The notes under the pieces were generated by a model. The model worked only from the letters and a program-made list of their open reading frames with translations. It did not search any database and was not told the DNA's origin. From Salinispira sp. (GTDB lineage Bacteria > Spirochaetota > Spirochaetia > DSM-27196 > Salinispiraceae), in contig CBDDDG010000001.1 of assembly GCA_965226555.1 (NCBI GenBank), positions 224,001-288,000 of the forward strand: a DNA stretch of 64,000 nucleotides, written 5' to 3'. The position numbers and the translations under genes were made by a program. Below are positions 1-8,946 of the stretch, in pieces (position 1 is the first letter of the stretch; each line of letters begins with the position of its first letter).

Positions 1-8
1 AGTTTCTA

Positions 9-1988
9 CTAAAAAATTTTCATGATGATAAGCGTCTGATCATCGTGCTGCTTAGCATCACCAACAAAATTTAAAACATCCTGTGTGATTACATCTGCCA
101 CCTCGGGCGCGGACAGATGACAATTTTCTTTAAAAACTTTTTTCAGACGCTTCTCTTCATATTGAACCCCAGACTGATTCAAAGCTTCAATAATACCATC
201 AGTATATAACATCAGGGTGTCACCAGGCCCAAACTGCCGCTTTACTGACGGATAGGAACTAGTAGATTCCAGTCCAATGGGAAGCCCTTCGGAATCAAAC
301 TTTTCAATAGTTCCAGCATCATTATTATAAATTATCATTGGATGATGCGCCGCATTAGAATATTCTATTTGCCGGTTATCTGGATTATAAATGAAATAGC
401 TCATAGTTGCAAATCGTTCAACACTAATTCTTTCAGAAACCCCTTGATTAATTGCTCTCATAACTCTGGAAGCATCGTGCATACCTATTGCTACCAAATG
501 AGTAATTGTTCGAATCATAACCATTACAAGTGCAGCGGGAATACCCTTACCCGCCACATCGCAGATGATAACGGCAAATTTTCCCGCATCATCAAGAGGG
601 ATAATGTCAAAATAATCGCCAGACACCCCTTTGGATGGATTACTCCAGATACCTATCTGCTCTTTAAGAACAGGAGAAAGGTTGGACGGAAGAAGAGCCT
701 GTTGTATCTCACTAGCAATATCTATGTCTCTTTCAAGTTCTCGTTTTTCAAGTACCTGATTGTGGGAGTATAAGGAATCGAGTGTAACCGACGTATAACT
801 GGCAAGTATTTGAGTATAGTTGAAAATTTCATCACTGAACGTTTTATCGCTTGAACGCTGAATAAGAACAAGAACTCCGAATACTTCTTCGCCAACAATT
901 ATCGGAACTGCAATAAACGAGTTGATAAATTGAACACCCTGTTTGTTATTAATCGCCATACGGTCATCGCCTTCCGTATGGCGGATATATACTACCGAAT
1001 TATGTGTAATTACTTCATTGAGAATTGAATCGGATATTTTGAGCGGTGTATTTTCGAAGAAGGATTCCAGCGATGCCCGCCGTACTTGTATGGATTCTGG
1101 TAGTTCAACAAGCGGAGGAAAGAACCCTTCACGGGAAATAAGCCGCAGATCATCATTGCTGCCTTTTACCAGTATGATACCGGCATCGGCATCGATAAGT
1201 TTGACTGTTGTTCGAACGGCATAATCTAAAACTTCCTGTGGAGTTACCTTACTTGTTACCGCCGATGAAATCGTCCGCAGAAATGCAAATACCGAATTAT
1301 TAAATTCGTTCGCAATTTTTTTACGCGCGATTGAGCGGTCATGGGAAAATTTATTATATGAACTGAGCAGCGGGATATATATACCTAAGGGCATTATACT
1401 GACCAGAATGTCAAAGTTAAATATCTCATTAACTATTACTATGTTCAGCATAAATAGCACATAAACAAATATCGTGATAAGAAAGGGTGCAAAAGATCGT
1501 TTTTCAATAATAAAATCGGCGTTTACGGAATTATATGTGTTAAAATTAAATACGAAAATACTCAGTATAAGTATGGAAAATACCATATGGGCATTGGCAT
1601 TTATGAAAAAACTTTCAAATGCAAAAACTTCAAATACAATGTTGAGTCCAATACCCGTTATGATTGTAGCAACGGTAAAGACTGTCAGGAATATTTTATT
1701 TCTCGCATAGTGCCGATACCACCACGCAAACAGGGCAAGCATAACCGCGCTAAACGATATATACAGGCTGAAAGTAAAATCGAATAACCATATTAATTCT
1801 CTGAATAGGAGTATTCGGGGAATTGCACGAATTTCACCGGTAAATTGAAAGTCACCGTTCTTGAGAATTGATTCCGAATAAACAAGAACAATAATATATA
1901 AAAACATTCTTCGGAAAATTGCTATGGTTTCAGGAGATTGTAAATTGATTTTAATGATCTCTATAAATGTTGTAATATCCATATTCAA
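9..1988 (-). CDS. Membrane-anchored GAF + PP2C/SpoIIE (RsbU-like) serine phosphatase
   Basis: Hydrophobic N-terminal TM region, GAF-like middle (FIAVPIIVGEEVFGVL), PP2C motifs VSGDYFD, DVAGKG, YTDGI, HDDQT. Confidence 0.9.
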   Translation of the reverse strand: MNMDITTFIEIIKINLQSPETIAIFRRMFLYIIVLVYSESILKNGDFQFTGEIRAIPRILLFRELIWLFDFTFSLYISFSAVMLALFAWWYRHYARNKIFLTVFTVATIITGIGLNIVFEVFAFESFFINANAHMVFSILILSIFVFNFNTYNSVNADFIIEKRSFAPFLITIFVYVLFMLNIVIVNEIFNFDILVSIMPLGIYIPLLSSYNKFSHDRSIARKKIANEFNNSVFAFLRTISSAVTSKVTPQEVLDYAVRTTVKLIDADAGIILVKGSNDDLRLISREGFFPPLVELPESIQVRRASLESFFENTPLKISDSILNEVITHNSVVYIRHTEGDDRMAINNKQGVQFINSFIAVPIIVGEEVFGVLVLIQRSSDKTFSDEIFNYTQILASYTSVTLDSLYSHNQVLEKRELERDIDIASEIQQALLPSNLSPVLKEQIGIWSNPSKGVSGDYFDIIPLDDAGKFAVIICDVAGKGIPAALVMVMIRTITHLVAIGMHDASRVMRAINQGVSERISVERFATMSYFIYNPDNRQIEYSNAAHHPMIIYNNDAGTIEKFDSEGLPIGLESTSSYPSVKRQFGPGDTLMLYTDGIIEALNQSGVQYEEKRLKKVFKENCHLSAPEVADVITQDVLNFVGDAKQHDDQTLIIMKIF

Positions 1989-2076
1989 CTCACAATACCA
2001 ATATTATCACTATATCAAATAGATCTACTACATGTCAATTATATAGTACTGAAACTCTTGCATAAGGAAAAACCTT

Positions 2077-2910
2077 CTAGTACCAGAAATATGCGCGGAA
2101 CAACTGTATAACATAGATTATGACTCCACAAAAAAGCATTGTTTCCCCTGAAATCAATATCGCAGGATCCAGAGTAAAATGAACGAGACTATGCCCAGTC
2201 ATCATAAAAAATACCGAAAGCATGCGAACAAGATTTTCCCTGCCCTTATGAATGACATACCCTGCAACAGTTACAATAATTATACCCTGCGCCATCCTGA
2301 GTACCTCAGAACGGTATATAGGTGAATATATGAAATTATGAAATGTCGATGTGTCCATGGGAACAAGAACGGTAAGGACGGTTGATACAATTATAACAAA
2401 CATCATGGCAATGCCCTGATGTCGATATTTTATCTGATACAGACTCACGAGGAACATACTGAATAATCCAATGAGATATCCAAAAAAAGAAACCTGGGAC
2501 AGAAAAAGACTAAGAGATTCAGGTAAAATAAATATTTTCGTCAGAAACGAAAGCGGTTTTATCAGTTCAAATGAAAGTGAGAAAAAAAATAGAAAGAAAA
2601 ACAGCATTTGGGAATCGGCCAGAGGCTTAAAGAACCGAAAAAATATTATTGACATCACAAGCGAAAGCACAAAGCTGCTTCCGCCAACGAGTGCCGCTCT
2701 CAGCGCATCTGCAAGTCCGACACCTTCCCGATTCACGGTATTACCGGCAGTCCCCACATTGATCGCGATAACCGTTCCCGCATCGGTTTCAGCAAGCGAA
2801 AGGCTCTCAGACGCAACAGCGTAGATTCCCAGACCAATGCACAACAGGCCAAGGAGAAGCATAAGAGAAAAGAACATCCAGTAAAACACATTTCGCAACC
2901 GGGTTGTCAT
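2077..2910 (-). CDS. Multi-pass membrane protein of unknown function
   Basis: 277 aa with about 7-8 hydrophobic segments; co-oriented with the phosphatase. Confidence 0.7.
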   Translation of the reverse strand: MTTRLRNVFYWMFFSLMLLLGLLCIGLGIYAVASESLSLAETDAGTVIAINVGTAGNTVNREGVGLADALRAALVGGSSFVLSLVMSIIFFRFFKPLADSQMLFFFLFFFSLSFELIKPLSFLTKIFILPESLSLFLSQVSFFGYLIGLFSMFLVSLYQIKYRHQGIAMMFVIIVSTVLTVLVPMDTSTFHNFIYSPIYRSEVLRMAQGIIIVTVAGYVIHKGRENLVRMLSVFFMMTGHSLVHFTLDPAILISGETMLFCGVIIYVIQLFRAYFWY

Positions 2911-3079
2911 AACAGAAACATATCAAAACTGTGAAGCACTTTATTCCCAGATCCGCCAATGGTGAGTTTCCAGAGATTTCCTAAACACAATCTAAACCAA
3001 AGTTTTGCTACTGGAAATTGTGCAAGCACAATTTTCCAATGCAAAAGTTTCCGCGATTAATTGCCGTAATAATAACTAT

Positions 3080-3649
3080 ATGAATGATATAGATATTATT
3101 AAAATTGTAAGAAAGTTGTTAGGCAATACTGATTCTATAAAACAAGTACAGCAGTACATATCGCAAATATATGATATACGACATAACCTTATTGATTTAG
3201 TTTTAAAAAAACGTATAACTGAAAATAACTTTTATATGCTTACTTCTTTGCTTACTCCTCAATCGCGTTCACCTTTATGGGAAAGTTATTTTATTAAAAA
3301 AAGTGGGGCAGAAAAAGTATCAACTCAAAAAAATGCCGGGGATTTTATTTTACATGAAAAAAACTATGAATATAAGGTGTCGGGTTTTAATAAAAATCGC
3401 TCACTTCATGTAGTACAGATTCGGTTATGGCAAAACTGTGATTATATTATACAATATATTGAATCCCATAAACAATATACATTTCAGCTTACTCACGAAC
3501 AAATGGAAAAAGAATTACGCTTATGTAAAGCGTCATCCGCTCATGGAACTTCTGCTTCGAATAAACAAAACAAAAATATTGAAATGAGATTTAGTATTAC
3601 AATTGACTCTGATGGTTGGAAACGTTGGATACATAATTATTCAATATAA
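3080..3649 (+). CDS. Putative PD-(D/E)XK restriction endonuclease
   Basis: GDFILHEKNYEYKVS resembles a D..ExK catalytic motif; very AT-rich; convergent with a methyltransferase. Start placed at ATG 3080 because the upstream TTG lies inside a palindromic repeat. Confidence 0.6.
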   Translation: MNDIDIIKIVRKLLGNTDSIKQVQQYISQIYDIRHNLIDLVLKKRITENNFYMLTSLLTPQSRSPLWESYFIKKSGAEKVSTQKNAGDFILHEKNYEYKVSGFNKNRSLHVVQIRLWQNCDYIIQYIESHKQYTFQLTHEQMEKELRLCKASSAHGTSASNKQNKNIEMRFSITIDSDGWKRWIHNYSI

Positions 3650-4445
3650 AATTTTCATATTGACTAACAATTTCAGGTTTGGTAAACCATGCTACTCCAC
3701 CATGTGCGCATGAGTTTCCTTTCCAATTTACCTGTTGTAGTCGTTTAATTACTTCTTCCGATTGTATTTTTGTTTTAATATGATATCCTCTGTTGTTTTG
3801 TGTTGGCGTTTTGATTATTTTATTCGGACACGCACCAAAAATAAAAAAATCATAATCTTGTATAGTGCTGAAGTAAAAATCTATAGATTCTTTGTACATC
3901 CGTTTTTCTACTTTAAATCGTAAATCATTTCCATTGGATTTGTCAAAAACGAAAAAAGAACAAGGATTATGATATGTATTATTTTCATATATAAAAGCGT
4001 CTTTTCCTATATCAACAATATGCGATATTCTCCAGTTCCTCGGAATAATTTTTTGCCTAGTGTGCTTTTTATACGTATTTGGAAGAATAAAAGAAATAGT
4101 TTGGACATTAGAAAATTTTAATGCATGTTGAATAAATGAATCAGATAATGAATGATTCAATCCAAATGGAGGATTACCAACAACCAAAACATTTTTATAT
4201 TTTTCCTTTATGGTATAATCAAACCAGTCTTTTTTTAAAATACTTTTCTGCTCTGGTTCAATATCCAAAGCAATAATGTTTTTATGATGTATTCCCTTTA
4301 TAAAAGCACCATTCCCTGCTGATGGTTCGATAATGCAATCGTATCTATCAAAATCAATAACTTTCAAACATTTTCTAACTACATGAGATTTTGTATAGTA
4401 TTTATCTTTTATAAATTCTAATTGTTGTCTTTTATGAATAAACAT
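3597..4445 (-). CDS. N6-adenine DNA methyltransferase (gamma-type motif order)
   Basis: Motif I IIEPSAGNGAF precedes motif IV VGNPPF. Confidence 0.85.
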   Translation of the reverse strand: MFIHKRQQLEFIKDKYYTKSHVVRKCLKVIDFDRYDCIIEPSAGNGAFIKGIHHKNIIALDIEPEQKSILKKDWFDYTIKEKYKNVLVVGNPPFGLNHSLSDSFIQHALKFSNVQTISFILPNTYKKHTRQKIIPRNWRISHIVDIGKDAFIYENNTYHNPCSFFVFDKSNGNDLRFKVEKRMYKESIDFYFSTIQDYDFFIFGACPNKIIKTPTQNNRGYHIKTKIQSEEVIKRLQQVNWKGNSCAHGGVAWFTKPEIVSQYENFILNNYVSNVSNHQSQL

Positions 4446-4456
4446 AATACCTAGTG

Positions 4457-4546
4457 TTATTTTTCATTCTTTTTGCCATAAAACTTATCATCAACATACC
4501 GCATCTGTCGGCTATCGCCCTGAACAATAAGATGACGCATTTTCAT
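4457..4546 (-). pseudogene. N-terminal stub of a beta-class DNA methyltransferase
   Basis: Translated by hand as MKMRHLIVQGDSRQMRYVDDKFYGKKNEK*; HxIxxGDSRxM is a typical N4/N6 methyltransferase start. Confidence 0.5.
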
Positions 4547-4661
4547 TGATCGAAATCTTCCCGATAATCTGATGATTCATACTACCAGAAACTTTTGCAT
4601 TTTGCAAAACTTTGCTATAGTTTTGCTGTCAACTTTCGATAAAGAGAGTAGGGAGTAATGT

Positions 4662-5375
4662 ATGTTCGAGTGGCCGCTCAAAAACAATCGCTTTGTTTTA
4701 TGTATTTCTGTTTTCCTTCTCTGTGCCGTTCCTCTTTGCGCAAACGATATTGCTTGGTTTCAGAATCTGGGTTTTTCAGCGAACGGTAATTACTTTATGT
4801 TTGGTCAGTATGGCATAAGCGAAGAAAATTCAAAGCCGTATGCGGAAAGTTATATTATAGATGTCGGCGCAAACAAATTCATTCCCGGCGGGGCGGCGCT
4901 GTCTTCTCATGCTGGGGCGGCATTGCCGGGTGAAAACGGGCTTGGGGCGCTGTTTAATCTTTTACATCAGCAGGCCGGACACATTCGGGAGTATGATATT
5001 GATCATCTTCTTACCGGCCGTCTTATCTATCTTCTTGTTAACGGAAATGAACCGAAGTCAGAAATCAATTTCCGCGACTTTAATACAGAAAATTCCTACA
5101 CAATCAGACTTATTCAAAACTTCCGCGGTACTGCCGATGCTTCTGAAGCAGCATTTCACATCGTTCTCACACAACAGACATCAGATGGAAATGAAAGATC
5201 ATATACCATCGGTCTTCCCGATTTTTTCAGAAAAAATGTTAGCAGATATGCCATTAAGCAGGTGCTGCTCTCCCCGGACGAACGGTCGGTCATTATTGTT
5301 ATAGAGAAAATATCCGACAGTAGTACGGGAATCCAACTCCGTTACATGGTTGAAACTGCACAACTTTCCTACTAG
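4662..5375 (+). CDS. DUF2259 family secreted protein
   Basis: Signal peptide followed by DIAWFQNLGFSANGNYFMFGQYG, typical of spirochaete DUF2259 proteins. Confidence 0.75.
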   Translation: MFEWPLKNNRFVLCISVFLLCAVPLCANDIAWFQNLGFSANGNYFMFGQYGISEENSKPYAESYIIDVGANKFIPGGAALSSHAGAALPGENGLGALFNLLHQQAGHIREYDIDHLLTGRLIYLLVNGNEPKSEINFRDFNTENSYTIRLIQNFRGTADASEAAFHIVLTQQTSDGNERSYTIGLPDFFRKNVSRYAIKQVLLSPDERSVIIVIEKISDSSTGIQLRYMVETAQLSY

Positions 5376-5418
5376 AAACTTTTGCATTTTATAAAACTTT
5401 GTACTACTATCTTTTCTT

Positions 5419-6930
5419 ATGGCAGAAAACATTACTCCACGAAGTGTAAATTATTCCGATTGGTATATTGATATTGTAACAAAGGCAAAGCTTGCCGACT
5501 ACAGCCCTGTACGGGGCTGTATGGTCATCCGCCCACGCGGATACGCAATTTGGGAAAAAATGCAGAGCGCGCTCGACCGCATGTTTAAGGAAACCGGTCA
5601 TGAAAATGCCTATTTTCCCTTACTCATTCCCGAAGATTTCATGCGCAAAGAAGCCGAACACGTAGAAGGATTCGCGCCTGAACTGGCCGTCGTTACCCAT
5701 GGCGGGGGGCAGAAGCTGGAAAATCCATTCGTTATACGTCCCACATCTGAAACTATTATCTGGAGCATGTATAAAAAATGGATTCAATCTTACCGTGACC
5801 TCCCCCTTCTCATTAACCAGTGGGCAAATGTTATGCGCTGGGAAAAACGCACCCGTCTGTTTCTGCGGACCTCTGAGTTTCTCTGGCAGGAGGGGCATAC
5901 CGCCCACGCAACGGAGGAGGAAGCTATGGAGGAGACGCTGAGAATGCTGGACATTTACCGGACCTTCGCAGAGGAATTTATGGCGCTGCCGGTTCTTACC
6001 GGCATGAAGAGCGAGAACGAAAAATTCGCGGGCGCGGTATCGACCTACGCCATTGAGGCGCTCATGCAGGATGGGCGCGCCCTTCAGGCGGGAACAAGCC
6101 ATTTTCTCGGTCAGAATTTTGCCAAAGCCTTCGATGTAAGCTTTCAGAACAAAGACGGACGGCTTGAGCATGTATGGGCGACATCCTGGGGTGTTTCTAC
6201 CAGACTCATTGGGGCGCTCATTATGGGGCATTCTGATGATAAGGGGCTCATTCTGCCCCCCAAACTCGCGCCGACTCAGGTGGTCATTATCCCGATTTTC
6301 CGCAACAAAAATAAAACTGAAATAATGGCATATAGTCAGCACATTTTTTCCGAAATTCACGCTGCCCTTGGGAAAGAACCCCGAGCGATCATTATGGACG
6401 ATGATGATCAGAACAGCCCGGGGTGGAAGTTTGCGGAATATGAAATGCAGGGCATTCCTCTGCGCATAGAAATTGGCGCCCGCGAGCTGGAGAGTAAGAC
6501 GCTTGTTGCCGCCCGCCGCGATACTTCCGAGAAAATTTCCATGAGCGGCGCCGAGGTTTCGGAGCGCCTGCCCGCGCTGCTGGAAGATATTCAGACAAAT
6601 CTTTTTCAAAGAGCTGCGGCGTTCAGGGATACTCATACGACCGAAGTATCTGACTCCCGAGAATTTTACGAATTGTTCGCCGGCGATGGCGGCACCGGCT
6701 TTGTCGTTGCCCCCTGGAACGGCAACCCCGAAATAGAAGAACACATTAAACAGAAGACCCGCGCCACCATCCGCGTCCTCTTGGAACCAGCGCCTAACGT
6801 AGCAGGCGCCGTAGATGAGGCAGGCATCGCACGAGCAGAGGGCGCCGAAGGCACCGCAATTTCAGAAACGCGCTGCATTTTCAGCGGCGAACCGGCAAAA
6901 TACCGAGCTGTTTTCGCCAGAGCCTACTAA
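5419..6930 (+). CDS. proS: Proline--tRNA ligase (archaeal/eukaryotic type)
   Basis: [35 protein letters not shown]-terminal FARAY. Confidence 0.97.
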   Translation: MAENITPRSVNYSDWYIDIVTKAKLADYSPVRGCMVIRPRGYAIWEKMQSALDRMFKETGHENAYFPLLIPEDFMRKEAEHVEGFAPELAVVTHGGGQKLENPFVIRPTSETIIWSMYKKWIQSYRDLPLLINQWANVMRWEKRTRLFLRTSEFLWQEGHTAHATEEEAMEETLRMLDIYRTFAEEFMALPVLTGMKSENEKFAGAVSTYAIEALMQDGRALQAGTSHFLGQNFAKAFDVSFQNKDGRLEHVWATSWGVSTRLIGALIMGHSDDKGLILPPKLAPTQVVIIPIFRNKNKTEIMAYSQHIFSEIHAALGKEPRAIIMDDDDQNSPGWKFAEYEMQGIPLRIEIGARELESKTLVAARRDTSEKISMSGAEVSERLPALLEDIQTNLFQRAAAFRDTHTTEVSDSREFYELFAGDGGTGFVVAPWNGNPEIEEHIKQKTRATIRVLLEPAPNVAGAVDEAGIARAEGAEGTAISETRCIFSGEPAKYRAVFARAY

Positions 6931-7325
6931 GGAAATTACTAACACTTGTATTCACTGCCGATGATGATAATCGCATAACCAAGGATGAAATCCTGAGCAT
7001 TGAAAATCAACTGGGCATTGCATGTCTGGTCGCAAATGCGGAACTTGTTCAGTGCTTCTCCCAATTTATTTTACAGATAAAGGATTACGGGGTGATATAT
7101 TTCCATAAATACATCGGTGCTTTTACCTCGCTTTACAACAACCAAAAACCCTCACCCAGACGGCCATCGCTCAGAAAGTAGATATGTGACAAAAAACCAT
7201 GCAAAAATGGGCAGAAGTGTTTGACATACACGTATTTTTTGAGATTGTTGCACGGCAATAAATTTTACTGACAATCAAAAATATCAACCGATTTTTTATC
7301 AATTACGGTTATTTTTCTGGGCAAT

Positions 7326-8807
7326 TTATTCTTTTTGAAAATCAATCTCCGTGAAAATATCATCAATGGCTTTGATCATCGAATCTTGCAGTGGGGAAAT
7401 TTCTTTCAAATACCCGGCGAGTTTTTTCGTTTCGCCCTCAAATGAGTTCTTCATGTTTTTAATTCGTTCATGAAGTTGGACGCCGCCTTTTTGTGTGTCT
7501 TCATCTTCCCGACTTCCGCGTCCTAGTCCTAAGATGCGATACAATTCTGCAAACAGTGTACCCATTCGAGCAGTTTCGGGCTCAATACCGCTTTCCAAGA
7601 GATCCAACTGCATGGAATTTAATTCGTTTCTGGTAGATGTATTTTGCTCCATATCTTCAGTAATGCTCTTTGTGTACATTGCAAAGACTGCGCGAAGTTT
7701 CTGAACAACCATATCTTTTGATGATACCGATCTATTCTGCTCACGGAGAAAATCGTGGAGCGATTGATCTATTGAGTGGTACTCCCTTCGTTTTTCGGAA
7801 CTGTAGGCACTCAAGCCCTTGAATGAAATGTCATAATCGTTGAAGGTTTCTTTCATGTTGGCGAGAATTTCTTCCAGTTCGCTTTGCGCTCTTAAATCTG
7901 CCTTATTCGCGACAACGAAGAGGTTTTTAGTTGAAAGATCGATGTTCTCAAGGATATCCAGATCGGAGCTTGGGATAGTACCGTTTGAATCCAGTCCAAT
8001 TACCCATATGAGGGCATGGGCTGTCTGAAGATGCGTTAGAGCGGTCTGTGTATCTTCATTGGTGTATCCATCTGAATCCGCAGGATTATACCCGGGAGTA
8101 TCAATAAGGCAGAGATGTTCAAATAGCTCAGTATTCAGTGGGGTTCCGACCGCCATGTAGGGCATAATGTCCCGAAGGTTGAAGCCGAACGATTTCACAT
8201 AGTCGTGCGACAATTTTCCGCATATAGAAGCATTAAGCTTTACCTCACCCCCGCCGGAGGCAAAGCCGCTCATTGAGTCCGATGTATCGGACACAATGTA
8301 GGTTGGAATTGCCGTTACCGGTTCTATTCCAATTGGGAGTTGGATATTGTCATTCTCAAAAAAGCTGTTTGCCAAAGCGGATTTTCCGCTACTGAAGCCC
8401 CCGCCAACTGCAATAATGTTCTTCTGAAAAATTTTCGGGTATGCCACCACTGTTTCCAGATCACGCTCTATTTCCTGCATGAGCAATATGGCCTTTGCCT
8501 CTTCCGCTAATGAAGATTCCTTGTTTGCGAATTCCATAAAATCACCATGCAGAATCTTTCGGAAAGTCGAAAGCCCTGCGCTGTCGGCAGGTTCCGCGGA
8601 TAACAGATTCGCCGTTAACTCCATTTTTTCGCTACATTCTGAATGTTTCTGGGTGAGCACGGCGTGTTTTTCGTTGAGGGTTTTTAGCTCCTGAACGCGG
8701 GAAGAAAGCTTCCCCTCAAGATCCGCAACCAGAGGGTACTGTTCAACGAGTGAGTCATCCAGTTCCCTGAGCGACTGCTCTGCATTCCCGAAAAGTCTGA
8801 GTTTCAT
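7326..8807 (-). CDS. Dynamin-like GTPase, third gene of the cluster
   Basis: G1 GGFSSGKS, G2 PVTAIPT, G3 DTPG, G4 NKAD; coiled-coil ends; ATG at 8807. Confidence 0.85.
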   Translation of the reverse strand: MKLRLFGNAEQSLRELDDSLVEQYPLVADLEGKLSSRVQELKTLNEKHAVLTQKHSECSEKMELTANLLSAEPADSAGLSTFRKILHGDFMEFANKESSLAEEAKAILLMQEIERDLETVVAYPKIFQKNIIAVGGGFSSGKSALANSFFENDNIQLPIGIEPVTAIPTYIVSDTSDSMSGFASGGGEVKLNASICGKLSHDYVKSFGFNLRDIMPYMAVGTPLNTELFEHLCLIDTPGYNPADSDGYTNEDTQTALTHLQTAHALIWVIGLDSNGTIPSSDLDILENIDLSTKNLFVVANKADLRAQSELEEILANMKETFNDYDISFKGLSAYSSEKRREYHSIDQSLHDFLREQNRSVSSKDMVVQKLRAVFAMYTKSITEDMEQNTSTRNELNSMQLDLLESGIEPETARMGTLFAELYRILGLGRGSREDEDTQKGGVQLHERIKNMKNSFEGETKKLAGYLKEISPLQDSMIKAIDDIFTEIDFQKE

Positions 8808-8856
8808 TTTACACCCCACCTAGTTCCCTGAGCGACTGCTCTGCATTCCCGAAAAG
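8761..8856. repeat. 35-bp perfect direct repeat (8761-8795 and 8822-8856, period 61)
   Basis: agttccctgagcgactgctctgcattcccgaaaag occurs twice. Confidence 0.95.
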
Positions 8857-8946
8857 AGATTTGCGCCGAAAACAGAAGAAGGCTGCCAGCCTGCGGACAT
8901 TCTCTAAAATGTTCTTCAGTTTTTCTGATTCCGTGCTCTTAAACAT
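8809..8946 (-). CDS. 45-aa ORF, apparently the detached N-terminus of the third dynamin
   Basis: MFKSTESEKLKNILENVRRLAAFFCFRRKSLFGNAEQSLRELGGV*; ATG lies just upstream of the previous stop; shares LFGNAEQSLREL with the next gene. Confidence 0.5.
   Translation of the reverse strand: MFKSTESEKLKNILENVRRLAAFFCFRRKSLFGNAEQSLRELGGV

Noticed and set aside
2999..3051. Integron attC interpretation of the long palindrome
   Set aside because: No consistent RYYYAAC/GTTRRRY ends, no integron integrase, and flanked genes are not uniformly oriented
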